Shown one piece after another: positions 19,624-29,926 of a stretch of DNA of 64,000 nt. Positions within the stretch are counted from its first letter, which is position 1. Each line of letters opens with the position of its first letter. Below the pieces are notes generated by a model, which saw only the letters and a program-made list of their open reading frames with translations, did not search any database and was not told where the DNA came from. Position numbers and translations under genes: made by a program. This DNA comes from Deinococcus sp. (GTDB lineage Bacteria > Deinococcota > Deinococci > Deinococcales > Deinococcaceae): assembly GCA_965261005.1 (NCBI GenBank), contig OZ253375.1, forward strand, positions 192,001 through 256,000, read 5' to 3'.

Positions 19624-21513
19624 GTGTTGCTCGCCCTGGACGCCGTTCACAAGGAGTACGGCCAGCACGCCGTCCTGAACGGCGTGTCCCTTCAGATTCG
19701 CGCCGGGGAGCGGCTCGCCTTGGTGGGGCGCAACGGGGCCGGCAAGACGACCTTGCTGCGCCTGCTCTCCGGCGAGGAGCGGCCCGACGTGGGCGGGGTG
19801 CGCCGCGCGCCAGGGGTGCGGGTGGCGGCCCTGAGGCAAGACCCGGTCTTCGCGTCTGGAGCGACGGTGGACGGGGTGCTGGAGGCCGCCTTTCACGAGC
19901 TGGACGCGCTGGAAGCCGAGTTGGAGGCCGCCGCCGCCGGGATGGCCTCCGGGTCTGAGGCGGCTATAGAGCGCCACGCCGAGCTGCTGGAGCACTTCGC
20001 CCGGCGCGGCGGCTATGAGCGGCGCGCCCGCAAAGAGTCGGCCGCCCTTGCCTTCGGCTTCCGGGGCCGCGAAGGTGAATTGGCGGACAAGCTCTCCGGC
20101 GGCGAGCGCACCCGCCTGGGGCTGGCCGCCCTGCTGGTCCAGAACCCCGACGTGCTGCTCCTCGACGAGCCGACCAACCACCTCGACATCGTCATGATCG
20201 AGTGGATGGAGGGCTTTCTGGCGCGCTACGGCGGCGCTGTGCTGCTGATCTCGCACGACCGCGCCTTTTTGGACGCGGTGGCGACCTCCACGGCCTACTT
20301 GCAGGGCGGTGAACTGAAGGTCTACCCCGGCAACTACACCAGCTTCCGCGCCGCGCTGGACGCCGACCTCTCGCTTCAGGCCGCCCGCTTCGCGCAGGAG
20401 CAGAGCCAGATCGCGGACTTCGCGCGCTCCACCGCCCGCATGAAAGTCTGGGGCCTCGGCATGAGCAAGCTGGCCCGCCGTGCCAAGGGCATGGAGACGC
20501 GCCTGGCGCGCATGCGCTCGGCCGCCAGCGGCCCACCCCCGGCCGCCGAGCGCACGGCGCGCATCTTGTTCCACGCCCCGGAAAGCGGTGAGCTGGTCCT
20601 GGACGCGCGCCACCTGACCAAGCGGCTGGGCGGGCGCACCCTGTTTGAGGACGTGAGCGTCACCCTGCGCCGGGGGGAGCGGGTCGCCCTGATCGGCCGC
20701 AATGGGGCGGGTAAAACGACCTTTCTGCGCGCCCTGCTGGGCCTGACGCCCTCCGACGATTCGCGCGCCGAGGTGCGCCCGGGCGCCCGCGTGAACCTCG
20801 GCTACTACGACCAGCAGCTGCGCGGCGTGGACCCCCAGAACACCGTCTACGACGAGGCCCGCGCCTACACCCACAAGGACACCGAGGCCCACAACCTGCT
20901 CGGCACCTATCTGTTTCCCTACAACGCCCACGAAAAAAAGGTGGCGGTCCTGTCCGGTGGCGAGCGCGCCCGGCTGGCCCTGCTCAAGCTGGCGCAGGAG
21001 GACAACAATTTGCTGATCCTCGACGAGCCGAGCAACCACCTCGACATGGAGATGCTCGAAAGCCTGGAAGACGCCCTTGACGAGTACGCCGGCACCCTCT
21101 TGATGGTCTCGCACGACCGCCGCCTGATCGAGCACCTGGCCGACCAAATCTGGCTGCTGGAGGACGGGCGCTTTTACGCGTATCCCGGCGATTACGCCTA
21201 CTACAGGGAGAAGCATGTCGTGGTCGTGTCAGCAGAACAACCCGAGCAAAAGCCGCCCCCTTCGCGTGAAAAGCGCGGCCCCAGCCTGTGGCATCTCAAG
21301 AGAAAGGCCGAGGAGTTGGAGGCGGCCATCGCGGGGGCCGAAACCGAGCTGAGCGCCGCCCAGGCCGCCCTGGACACGGCGGGGGAGGGGGCGGCCGATG
21401 AGGTAGATTGGGCGGCCCTCGGAAACGCCGTCGCGGAGGCCGAGGCGTACCTGCTCGCCAAGATGACCGAGTGGGAGGCGGCCCAGGGCGAGGTGGAGGC
21501 GAGGAGCGGATGA
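19624..21513 (+). CDS. ABC-F family ATPase
   Basis: Two ABC cassettes (GRNGAGKTT, LSGGER, LLDEP(T/S)NHLD); no TM; C-terminal coiled coil. Confidence 0.92.
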   Translation: MLLALDAVHKEYGQHAVLNGVSLQIRAGERLALVGRNGAGKTTLLRLLSGEERPDVGGVRRAPGVRVAALRQDPVFASGATVDGVLEAAFHELDALEAELEAAAAGMASGSEAAIERHAELLEHFARRGGYERRARKESAALAFGFRGREGELADKLSGGERTRLGLAALLVQNPDVLLLDEPTNHLDIVMIEWMEGFLARYGGAVLLISHDRAFLDAVATSTAYLQGGELKVYPGNYTSFRAALDADLSLQAARFAQEQSQIADFARSTARMKVWGLGMSKLARRAKGMETRLARMRSAASGPPPAAERTARILFHAPESGELVLDARHLTKRLGGRTLFEDVSVTLRRGERVALIGRNGAGKTTFLRALLGLTPSDDSRAEVRPGARVNLGYYDQQLRGVDPQNTVYDEARAYTHKDTEAHNLLGTYLFPYNAHEKKVAVLSGGERARLALLKLAQEDNNLLILDEPSNHLDMEMLESLEDALDEYAGTLLMVSHDRRLIEHLADQIWLLEDGRFYAYPGDYAYYREKHVVVVSAEQPEQKPPPSREKRGPSLWHLKRKAEELEAAIAGAETELSAAQAALDTAGEGAADEVDWAALGNAVAEAEAYLLAKMTEWEAAQGEVEARSG

Positions 21514-22097
21514 ACACCATGCCGCGCGTGATGTCGCTGGTTTATCCGGGATTCTCCGAATTTGAGATCACGGTCGCCCTGACGCTGCTCGCCCACAAAT
21601 ACGAGGTCGTGACGGTCGGCCTCGACCCTCAGCCCGTGCGGGGCGAGGGTGGCTTGCGCGTCCTGCCCGACCGCACGTTGTCAGACGTTCGCTCAGATGA
21701 ATTCGCGGCCATGCTGATTCCCGGGGCCGTGGACATGGAACCGCTCGCGCACCACGCCTTGCTGACCGAATGCACACGCGATTTCGACCGTGCGGGCAAA
21801 ATTCTCGCGGCGATCTGCGGCGGTCCTTACGCCCTGGGCCAGGCCGGCGCTCTTGACGGCCGGGCCTACACGGTCACGTTCACGCCCGAACAGCGCCGTT
21901 TTCTCGGCGTCTTTCCCGAGCCAGGCTTTGAATACCGCGACGTGGTGAGGGACGGGCATGTTATTACCGCGCAGGGGCACGCTTACGCCGAGTTCGGCTT
22001 GGCCGTCGCGTCCGCTTTGGGCGCGGTCACTGATCTCGACGCGGCCCGCACGTTCTACCGGGGTTTGGGCCATCCTGCGTTTGAAGATAAGGGCTGA
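21510..22097 (+). CDS. DJ-1/PfpI family protein
   Basis: PGFSEFE, LIPGA, AAICGGP, VRDGHVITAQG. Confidence 0.88.
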   Translation: MNTMPRVMSLVYPGFSEFEITVALTLLAHKYEVVTVGLDPQPVRGEGGLRVLPDRTLSDVRSDEFAAMLIPGAVDMEPLAHHALLTECTRDFDRAGKILAAICGGPYALGQAGALDGRAYTVTFTPEQRRFLGVFPEPGFEYRDVVRDGHVITAQGHAYAEFGLAVASALGAVTDLDAARTFYRGLGHPAFEDKG

Positions 22098-22157
22098 GGT
22101 TTTGTCGGGCGTTTGAGCTTCGGAACGCCCGCAGAACCGATGCTCTATATTTATGGC

Positions 22158-22415
22158 ATGATTAATGCTCGTAAAGTAGAACGAGTCAATGCGACCATTC
22201 AGGAGGAATTGCTGTCTTATCTTGACGACTACGCGAGCCGGCACGGCGTCCGGTCCCGCAGTCAGGCCCTTAACGCGGCCATCCGGGCGCTGCGCGAAAA
22301 GGAGCTGGAGGAGGGGTACCGCGCCCTGGCGGCGGCGATTGAACGCGGTGAGGAAACTTATCCGCCCTTTCTGGCGGACGGCCTTGACACGCCGGATGAA
22401 AAAGCGTGGAGCTGA
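22158..22415 (+). CDS. Ribbon-helix-helix antitoxin (MazE/NdoAI-like)
   Basis: RVNATIQEELLSYLDDY..SRSQALNAAIR; LEEGY; LADGL; TATATT -10 six nt before ATG. Confidence 0.8.
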   Translation: MINARKVERVNATIQEELLSYLDDYASRHGVRSRSQALNAAIRALREKELEEGYRALAAAIERGEETYPPFLADGLDTPDEKAWS

Positions 22416-22750
22416 TCCGGCGGGGCGACATCTGGCTGGTTGATTACCGGCCCGGCGGCCGTGAGGGCGAGGCGGGACAGATTCATCCGGGCGTCGTCGT
22501 CACCAACAACGCCAGCAACGCCGTGCTGCCGCTGATGCTGACCATCCCGCTCACGTCCAATACGGCGCGGTTGTACCCCACCAACGTGTTGCTGCCCAAC
22601 CACAGAACCGGGCTTGACCACGACAGCAAGGCGCAACTGGAGGCGCTCACCGCCACCAACGTGAGCCGCCTGCGCAGACGCATCGGCCACGTCCCAGAAG
22701 ACCTGATGACAGAGTTGGACGCCAAACTGAAAGCGCACCTCGCGCTGTGA
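22406..22750 (+). CDS. MazF/PemK family endoribonuclease toxin
   Basis: RRGDIWLVD..GEAGQIHPGVVVTNN, IPLTSN, GLDHDSKAQLE. Confidence 0.9.
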   Translation: MELIRRGDIWLVDYRPGGREGEAGQIHPGVVVTNNASNAVLPLMLTIPLTSNTARLYPTNVLLPNHRTGLDHDSKAQLEALTATNVSRLRRRIGHVPEDLMTELDAKLKAHLAL

Positions 22751-22762
22751 TTCGCGGGAAGC

Positions 22763-24937
22763 TCAATCCGCCACGGCCTCTGTGAACAGTTCTGCTTCAG
22801 CAACTGCCCCTTCCAGCATCAGCCGCGCCGCCCGCGACCAGTCCGCGTCGCTCAGTCCCACGTACAGCTGCGCCCACAGCCAGCGGCGATAAGCCTCGGC
22901 GGCGGCCTCGCGCAGGCTGGGGCTGCGCCACACGTCCTGCGGGCCGATCTCCAAGGCGCTCGCCACGCCGAGTTCGCCCAGCACCCGCGCGTCCGCCTGC
23001 AAGCTCAGTCCCTCCCGGTGAAAGCCGTAGTGCCCCTCCAAACTGTTGAGCGTCTTGGGTCCCCAGGCGAAGCCGACGCGGGCCGTGTTCAGCCAGGCGC
23101 GCAGCACCTTCTCGGGCGGAAGGGCGAACAAAACGACTTCTCCCGTGGCCCGGTCGTTTGCGCTCAAAAACTGTGCCCCGGCCACGTTGCCCTCCAAATA
23201 CGCCGCGACCGCACCTTCCGCGTAGGCGGCGGCCCCCGCGCGCACGGCCTGGATGGCTTCCTGTGGGGTGAGGCGCGGCAAGGGCGGCGCCTCACCCTCG
23301 CCCTCCAACTCCAGGTGCGCGCCCGGCCGCAGGGCTTGCCCGGTGAACTCCAAGTACTCGCGCCCCTTGAAACGGTTGCGGCCCAGGGTGGCGGCCAAGT
23401 CCTGCTCGCCGTGGGGAAGGCCCTGCTCGCCATGCTTGATTCCCTTGGTGCCGCCGAACTTGAACTGGAGGGACTCGCCGCTCTTGCCCACCAAGCGCGT
23501 CTCCGTCAGCTCGCCGCGCAGCCACCACAGCGGCGAGGCGTGCCCCTCGCCGTAGGGTTCAAAAGCCTCGATCTCGCGCGCCAGCGACATCACGGCGGCC
23601 CCGACCGGCAGCGCGGCGTCGAGGCGGTAGCGCGGCACCGGCACCGCAAAGGTGCGGGCGTACTCGTGCAGCTTGTCCCGAAAGGCGGGCAGCTGGGCGT
23701 CCTCGATGGCGAAGCCGGCCGCGCCGGGATGGCCGCCGAAGCGCCTCAGGTGTTCTCGCGCGTGCTCCAGGCCGCCCACCGCGCTGATGCCGGGGGTGCT
23801 GCGGACGCTGCCCTTGCCCTGCGTGACGATGTAGACCGGCTTGTAGTAGGTTTCCAGCAGCTTGCTGGCGACAATGCCCATCACGCCGGCGTGCCAATCG
23901 GGATGGGTGACCACGATGGCCGGCTCCGTTGGATCGGCGATCTCCAGCGCCTCTTTGAACATGCGGTCCTGAATGCTGCGGCGCTCGGCGTTGCGCGTTT
24001 CCAGGTACAGGGCCAGTTCCTGCGCGCGGCGGGAGTTGCCGGTGGTCAGCAGCTCCAGCGCGAGGTCGGCCTCGCCGAGGCGTCCGGCCGCGTTCAGGCG
24101 CGGCGCCAGGATAAAGGCCACGTCTCGCGCGCTGACGTGCCCGCGCTGTCCAACACCGAGCTGTCCGCTTCCCATCAAAGCTTGTACGCCGGGGTGCACG
24201 CTCTGTCCGAGCTGGACGAGGCCCGCCATCACCAGCGCCCGGTTCTCACCGATCAGCGGCGCCACGTCCGCGACGATGCCGATGGTGGCGAGGTCGGCGT
24301 AATTTGTCGGCGGGGGCAATTTCAGCTCCTCGCGCGCTGCCCACAGCAGGTGGTAGGCCACACCCGCCCCGGTCAGGTTGTGCCGCGCCGGGTCATACTC
24401 GCTGGTCAGCTTGGGATGGACCACCAGGCACTCGGGAAAGTCCGGGCCGGGGCTGTGGTGATCGGTCACGATCACCTCCACGCCGAGGGCGAGCAGGGCG
24501 CGCACCTCGGCCAGGTTGGTCACGCCGCAGTCCACCGTCACCAGCACCTCGCAGCTGTCCGCGTGCTCCGCCACCTTGTCGGGGTGAACACCGTACCCTT
24601 CGTTCAGGCGGTGTGGGATGAAGCCGTGGACGTTGGCCCCCAGTTCGCGCAGGCCCAGCACCAGAACGCTGGTCGCCGTCACGCCGTCGGCGTCGTAGTC
24701 ACCGTGAATGCGGATTTTTTTGTTGCCCTTGATGGCCGCGACCAGGCGCCTCGCCGCCTCGCGCAGGCCAGGGTTGGGCGTCAGGGTCAATGCTGGCGTC
24801 AGCAAATCGCGGGTCAGGCCGCGCGCGTGGATCACCTGCGCGAGGGGCGGCGACACCTCGAAGTCGGCCATGATCCGCAGCAAGTCGGCCTTCGGGGCGG
24901 GCGCGGCCAGGACCCAGCGGGCGGGGGGCGGCCTCAT
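22763..24937 (-). CDS. recJ: ssDNA-specific exonuclease RecJ
   Basis: HGDYDADG, TVDCG, TDHH, PRLNAAGRL, GGHPGAAGF. Confidence 0.95.
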   Translation of the reverse strand: MRPPPARWVLAAPAPKADLLRIMADFEVSPPLAQVIHARGLTRDLLTPALTLTPNPGLREAARRLVAAIKGNKKIRIHGDYDADGVTATSVLVLGLRELGANVHGFIPHRLNEGYGVHPDKVAEHADSCEVLVTVDCGVTNLAEVRALLALGVEVIVTDHHSPGPDFPECLVVHPKLTSEYDPARHNLTGAGVAYHLLWAAREELKLPPPTNYADLATIGIVADVAPLIGENRALVMAGLVQLGQSVHPGVQALMGSGQLGVGQRGHVSARDVAFILAPRLNAAGRLGEADLALELLTTGNSRRAQELALYLETRNAERRSIQDRMFKEALEIADPTEPAIVVTHPDWHAGVMGIVASKLLETYYKPVYIVTQGKGSVRSTPGISAVGGLEHAREHLRRFGGHPGAAGFAIEDAQLPAFRDKLHEYARTFAVPVPRYRLDAALPVGAAVMSLAREIEAFEPYGEGHASPLWWLRGELTETRLVGKSGESLQFKFGGTKGIKHGEQGLPHGEQDLAATLGRNRFKGREYLEFTGQALRPGAHLELEGEGEAPPLPRLTPQEAIQAVRAGAAAYAEGAVAAYLEGNVAGAQFLSANDRATGEVVLFALPPEKVLRAWLNTARVGFAWGPKTLNSLEGHYGFHREGLSLQADARVLGELGVASALEIGPQDVWRSPSLREAAAEAYRRWLWAQLYVGLSDADWSRAARLMLEGAVAEAELFTEAVAD

Positions 24938-24962
24938 GAGGGGGCTTCCACGGTGGCGGGCA

Positions 24963-26729
24963 CTACTTGCACGAATCGCATTGAACACAGGATACGGGAG
25001 CGGACGCCCCCTCCGCGCCCAGCGTCAGCCCGTACAGCACCCGCGCCGCCCGCCCGCGCGTGAAGAGGGCTTGTGGGCTGCCCTCCGGCTCAAACCCCGG
25101 CAAGCCCAGCCGCGCCAGCAGCGCGTTCGCCTGCCCCTCGCTGATGGGGGTGTCGGCGTAGGGCAGCAGGGCCGTTTGCAGCTTGTTCCAGGCCGGCCAA
25201 AAGCCGCCCAGCGCCCTCCGCGCGCCCAGCAGGTGCGCGAGGTCACTCATGAAGTCGAGCGGGCTGGCCGGGGCCGCGAGGTCGAAGCGCCCTTGCCGGC
25301 TGTAGGGCGCGCTGAACAAACCGCGCGAAAGCAGCTCGCCGGCGGAGGCGAAGCCCGCCAATCCCGACTCCGATACCCGCCGCCCCCCACGGCCGCTCCA
25401 CGGACGGTCGCGCAGCCGGGCCACCATTCCCGGGTCGCTCGCCAAGCCGGCCAGTGATACGTCCCTCGTGAGCGCCAGCCAAGCCGCCTTGCCGGCCGCT
25501 TCCCCCAGGGCCATCTGGGTGGGCGCCACCCGCGCCGAGTAGGCTGCCACGCTGTCAAAGGAAGCCGCCTGAGATACCACCAGCAGGTTGCTCAGGTTGG
25601 GTGGTAACAAACTCCGCAGCGGAATCTGGTACGGCAGCGGGCGCCCCAGCAGAAACAGCGGGTCGCTTGGCAGGTACGCCTGCCCGTCCAGCGGGTAGCC
25701 GCCGCGCGCCACGCCGTCGGGAAAGGTTGCGCCGAACAGCGCGTCGCTGGCGCCGAGGCGGTACTGGCCCAACAGGTGGCGGCTTTCGCGCACATACAGC
25801 TGCGGCGCCACGCCCGCCAAGGTGGCCTCGCCGAACACCTCCGGCTCCGACCGGCGCAAAAAGGCGACCACCCGCCGTGCCTCGGCGGCGCCGCCTTGCC
25901 GGCCCCGCTTCAGCGAGGCCGCGTTCGTCCCGTCCACCCCGAAGATGAGGAGACCGTTCACCAGCAAGCTGCCGTCGTCCTGCCGCGCCATGTTCAGCCC
26001 GCGCAGGGTGAAGCGCTCGGGGTCGCTGGCCTCGTAGCGGCCGGCCAGCGCGTGAAAACCGTAGGCACTTTTGCCCCGCCAGCCCACCGGCAATCGGTCG
26101 GTCGCTTGCTCTCCGGCAAGGGCGCGGCCCACCCGTTGCCAGTCCACCCCGGCCAGCCGGAAGACCAGCGTCGCCGCCATCTGCCGGTCGTCGAGGCCGG
26201 TGTCGGCCCGCCCCAGCGTAAAGGGGGCGCCGGCCCGCTCGGCCAGCTCGGCGGTGTCGCTGGCGTCGAGAAAGAGGGGGGCCGTGAGGTTGGCCGACAT
26301 ACCGTGCCAAGTCGTCTCGATGCCGACCACCTTTCCCTTTTCAACCTTCACCTTTTCCAGCCCGACCTCAAAACGCACGTCCACGCTGGCCCCGCTCAGC
26401 CAGCCGCGCAACACCTCCTCGGCGTGGCCCACGTCGAAGCTCGGCTGGTGGCCCACCGCCCGGAAGAACGTTGCGAACAGGCCGGCGTTCAGCAGGTGGC
26501 CGCCCGAATCGGTGCTGACGTCCAAGGTCGCCAGCCAACTGTTCGTCAGCACGCCGCCCGGCCGGTCCGAGGGTTCTAAAAGCAAGACGTTCAACCCTTT
26601 GCGCGCCGCCGCCACGGAGGCCGTCACCCCCTGCGGCGTGGCGCCGTACACGATCAGGTCGTATCCGCCCGGCACGCCCGGCCGCACCAACAGCAGCGCG
26701 AGCGCGAGCAGCAGGGCGGAAAGGCGCAC
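24963..26729 (-). CDS. Exported FAD-dependent oxidoreductase
   Basis: Hydrophobic N-terminus; YDLIVYGATPQG, LDASDTAELA, YVRESR, YQIPLRSL. Confidence 0.8.
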   Translation of the reverse strand: MRLSALLLALALLLVRPGVPGGYDLIVYGATPQGVTASVAAARKGLNVLLLEPSDRPGGVLTNSWLATLDVSTDSGGHLLNAGLFATFFRAVGHQPSFDVGHAEEVLRGWLSGASVDVRFEVGLEKVKVEKGKVVGIETTWHGMSANLTAPLFLDASDTAELAERAGAPFTLGRADTGLDDRQMAATLVFRLAGVDWQRVGRALAGEQATDRLPVGWRGKSAYGFHALAGRYEASDPERFTLRGLNMARQDDGSLLVNGLLIFGVDGTNAASLKRGRQGGAAEARRVVAFLRRSEPEVFGEATLAGVAPQLYVRESRHLLGQYRLGASDALFGATFPDGVARGGYPLDGQAYLPSDPLFLLGRPLPYQIPLRSLLPPNLSNLLVVSQAASFDSVAAYSARVAPTQMALGEAAGKAAWLALTRDVSLAGLASDPGMVARLRDRPWSGRGGRRVSESGLAGFASAGELLSRGLFSAPYSRQGRFDLAAPASPLDFMSDLAHLLGARRALGGFWPAWNKLQTALLPYADTPISEGQANALLARLGLPGFEPEGSPQALFTRGRAARVLYGLTLGAEGASAPVSCVQCDSCK

Positions 26730-26794
26730 GGCGGTCAGTTTGCCACGCGGCCGTGTGGAAAGGCTTTGACCCCTTATGACGTAGAATCCGATGT

Positions 26795-27106
26795 ATGGTC
26801 CGCAAACAGCTCTATATCGAGGAGCGTCAAGAACGCGCCCTCAAGGCCCGCGCCGCCGAACTCGGCGTCAGCGAGGCGGCCTTCGTGCGCGCCGCCCTCG
26901 ACAAGGCGCTGGAAAACCCCGCCGCCCTGCGCTCGGAAGAGCTTGACCGGGAGCGGGAGCGCGCCCTGAAGCGCCTGCTCAGTACGGCCGCAGAGCTTTC
27001 CCGTCAGGCCGTCATCGAACCGCGCTACCAGTTCAAGCGCGAGGACGCCTACGACGACCCCCGTTACGAGCGGGAATGGAACAAGCCCACTCAGAAGAAG
27101 TCTTGA
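26795..27106 (+). CDS. CopG/RHH antitoxin
   Basis: MVRKQLYIEERQERALKARAAELGVSEAAFVRAALD; overlaps the PIN gene. Confidence 0.8.
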   Translation: MVRKQLYIEERQERALKARAAELGVSEAAFVRAALDKALENPAALRSEELDRERERALKRLLSTAAELSRQAVIEPRYQFKREDAYDDPRYEREWNKPTQKKS

Positions 27107-27543
27107 GCATTCTGCTCGACACCAACGTCTTGCTCTATACCGTGGACCCGCGCGACCGTTTTAAACGGGACCGCGCGAACAGCGTGGTCCAAACGCTTGG
27201 TCGGCGGCCCGACGTGGCGCTGAGCGCTCAGACCCTGGCCGAATTCTGCAACGCCGCCCTGCGCAAGTTCGCCCTCTCGCCGGACGGCATAGGCGACTAC
27301 ATTCGGCAGTACGAGCGTTCCTTCACCGTCCACCCCCTCACCGCCGCCATCGTTTCGGAGGCGTTGCGCGGCGTGCGGGACTACCGGCTGGCCTACTACG
27401 ACGCTCAGATGTGGGCCTGCGCCCGGTTGAACAATCTGGAGGCCGTCTTCTCGGAGGACTTCAACCCCGGCGCCACCCTGGAGGGCGTCGCGTTCGTGAA
27501 CCCCTTCGCGCCGGAGTTCGATGTGGCGGCCTGGGGGTCGTAA
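27076..27543 (+). CDS. VapC/PIN-domain toxin (start could be TTG 27103)
   Basis: LLDTNVLLY, SAQTLAEF, YYDAQMWA, FSEDF, VNPF. Confidence 0.88.
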   Translation: MEQAHSEEVLSILLDTNVLLYTVDPRDRFKRDRANSVVQTLGRRPDVALSAQTLAEFCNAALRKFALSPDGIGDYIRQYERSFTVHPLTAAIVSEALRGVRDYRLAYYDAQMWACARLNNLEAVFSEDFNPGATLEGVAFVNPFAPEFDVAAWGS

Positions 27544-27559
27544 AGAGGAAGGTAAAAAA

Positions 27560-27620
27560 GCCCCTCCCCCCTTGCGGGGGAGCGCGAAGCACCCCGAAGG
27601 GAGGGGTTGGGGAGGGGGGC
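27560..27620. repeat. GC-rich palindromic REP-like element
   Basis: CCCCTCCCC...GGGGAGGGG with internal CTCCCCCCTTGCGGGGGAG hairpin; related to 33881-33918. Confidence 0.6.
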
Positions 27621-27623
27621 TGT

Positions 27624-29876
27624 TTACGCCTTGCTGGGCGTTCCCCCCGACTTGCGCCGCGCCTTCCAGTTCTCGTAAAAGACGACCATCGGCGCGACGA
27701 TGTACACGCTGGAGTAGGTGCCGATCAGAATGCCGATCAAGAGGGCGAGGCTGAAGTCGCGGAGCACCTCGCCGCCGATCACCAGCAGCGACAAGAGCGG
27801 CAGCATGGTGGAGACTGAGGTCATGATGGTGCGCGACAGCGTCTGGTTGATCGAGACGTTGACGATCTCGCGGTAAGAGCGTCCGCGCAGGGCGCGCAGG
27901 TTTTCGCGGATCCTGTCCGAGACGATGATGGAGTCGTTCAGGCTGTAGCCGATCAGGGTCAGGATGGCCGCGACGGTCGAGATGTTGAACTCCAGCCCGA
28001 GCAGGGCGTACAGCCCCATCACGATGGCGACGTCGTGGACCACCGCCACGATGCTGCCGAAGCCGAAGGCGAAGTCGAAGCGGAAGCTGACGTAGATCAG
28101 GATCAGGGCCAGGCCCAGCAGCACCGCCCGAATGGTCTGGTCGCGCAGCTCGGCGCCGACGGTCGGCCCCACGGTGTCCACCGCCTGCACCTCGCCGCCC
28201 GGCAGCTTCGCAAAGGCGGCGCGCAGCGCCTGCACGCCCGGCTGCTGCAACTCGGGCACCTTGACGCTGTAGCTCTTGCCGGCCACCGCCGGATTGACGC
28301 TGCTCTGGATGGTGGCGCCGCTGGCTGTCACGCCCGGCACGTTCGCCGTGCCCACGGCGGCGCGCACCTGCTCGACCGTCGTGCCGGCGTTCGTCTTGAG
28401 GGTGATGGAGGTGCCGGAGGTGAAGTCCACCCCGAAGTCGAAGCCCCTCGTCAGCATCACCACGCCGCCCAGAATCGCCAACGTGATGGAGAGCGAGGTG
28501 ATGATGGGACTCGCCTTGATGAAGTCCACGTTGGGCGCCGTGAACCACTGCGGCGCGCCGAAATTGCGCCGCCGCGCGAGGGCCTCCATCAGCCAGCGCG
28601 CGAAGACCAGGTTGGAAAAGGCGGAGGCGATCACGCCGATGGCGAGCACCACCGCGAAGCCCTTGACGGGGCCGGTGGCGTAGTTGTAGAGCGCCAAGGC
28701 GGACAGCAGGTGCGACAGATTCACGTCTATGATGGTCCACAGCGAGTGGCCGTAGCCCGCCTGGGTGGCGTTCTTGATGCCCTTGCCGCGCCGCAGCTCC
28801 TCCTTGACCCGCTCGAAGGAGATGACGTTGCCGTCCACCGCCGCGCCGATGGTGAGGACCAGGCCCGCGATGCCCGGCAAGGTCAGCGTGGCGCCCAGGC
28901 CGCCCAGCAGCCCCAGGATGATGACGGCCGAGAACAGCAACCCGAGCGCCCCGACCAGGCCGAACCAAAAGCCGTAGTACACGAACAGCACCACGAATAC
29001 CAGCCCCACGCCGATCAGGGCCGCCAGGGCGCCGCTCCTGATGGCGTCGGCCCCGAGGGTCGGGCCGATCTCGCGCTGCTCGGCGAATTTGATGGGCACC
29101 GGGAGGCTGCCGGACTTGAGGACCAGCGCGAGGTCGCTGGCCTGCTGCGCGTCGAAGTTGCCGCTGATCTGCACGTTGTCGCTCAGGGGCTGCTGAATGG
29201 TCGCCACGCTCTGAATCTTGTTGTCGAGGACAATCGCCATCAGCTTGCCCACGTTCGGGCGCGTGAACGAGAGCAGCTTGTTGGCCCCGCTGGGCGTGGT
29301 CTTGAAGGTCACGACCCAGCGCCCGGTCTGCGGATCGGTGGCGGGGGCGGCGCTCGCGATGATCTCGCCGGTCGCCTGCACCGGCCCGAGGTCGGAGAGC
29401 TGGTACGCCCCCCCCGGCCCGCTGGGCTGGGCGCCGTCCCTCACGACCCTGAACTCCAGCACCGCCGCCTGCCCGATCACCCGGCGGGCGTTGTCCTGCT
29501 GGGCGGTCGAGAGGCCGGGCAGCTCCACGATCACGCGGTTGTTCCCCTGAATCTGAATGGTCGGCTCGGCCACGCCCAAGGCGTTGACGCGGTTCTCGAT
29601 AATGGTGCGGACCTTCTCCAGGTCGTCGCGGGTGTAGTTGGCTTGGTCGGGTTCGAGGGCCACCCGCAGGCCGCCCTGCAAGTCGAGGCCCAGGTTGATG
29701 AACTTGAAGCCGCCCGTCTGCGACTGCCACAGGGTACTGAGGCTATTGGGGTGCTGCCACGGCCGCCAGATGTAGGCCAACGAGGTCAGCAGCACGATGA
29801 GGAGCAGAATGGCCGTCCACGGCGTCTTGCTGGGCGGCGGCGCGCGGCGGTCGCGGCGGCGGGAAGAATTGGTCAC
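27624..29876 (-). CDS. secDF: Fused protein translocase subunit SecDF
   Basis: INLGLDLQGG, TLTLPGIAGLVLTIGAAVDGNV, GVDFTSG, GYSLNDSIIVSDRIREN. Confidence 0.95.
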   Translation of the reverse strand: MTNSSRRRDRRAPPPSKTPWTAILLLIVLLTSLAYIWRPWQHPNSLSTLWQSQTGGFKFINLGLDLQGGLRVALEPDQANYTRDDLEKVRTIIENRVNALGVAEPTIQIQGNNRVIVELPGLSTAQQDNARRVIGQAAVLEFRVVRDGAQPSGPGGAYQLSDLGPVQATGEIIASAAPATDPQTGRWVVTFKTTPSGANKLLSFTRPNVGKLMAIVLDNKIQSVATIQQPLSDNVQISGNFDAQQASDLALVLKSGSLPVPIKFAEQREIGPTLGADAIRSGALAALIGVGLVFVVLFVYYGFWFGLVGALGLLFSAVIILGLLGGLGATLTLPGIAGLVLTIGAAVDGNVISFERVKEELRRGKGIKNATQAGYGHSLWTIIDVNLSHLLSALALYNYATGPVKGFAVVLAIGVIASAFSNLVFARWLMEALARRRNFGAPQWFTAPNVDFIKASPIITSLSITLAILGGVVMLTRGFDFGVDFTSGTSITLKTNAGTTVEQVRAAVGTANVPGVTASGATIQSSVNPAVAGKSYSVKVPELQQPGVQALRAAFAKLPGGEVQAVDTVGPTVGAELRDQTIRAVLLGLALILIYVSFRFDFAFGFGSIVAVVHDVAIVMGLYALLGLEFNISTVAAILTLIGYSLNDSIIVSDRIRENLRALRGRSYREIVNVSINQTLSRTIMTSVSTMLPLLSLLVIGGEVLRDFSLALLIGILIGTYSSVYIVAPMVVFYENWKARRKSGGTPSKA

Positions 29877-29926
29877 AAAGGTGCTCCGAGGTGGAGAGAA
29901 GGAGGGGAAGAGGGCCGCCCTGAGCT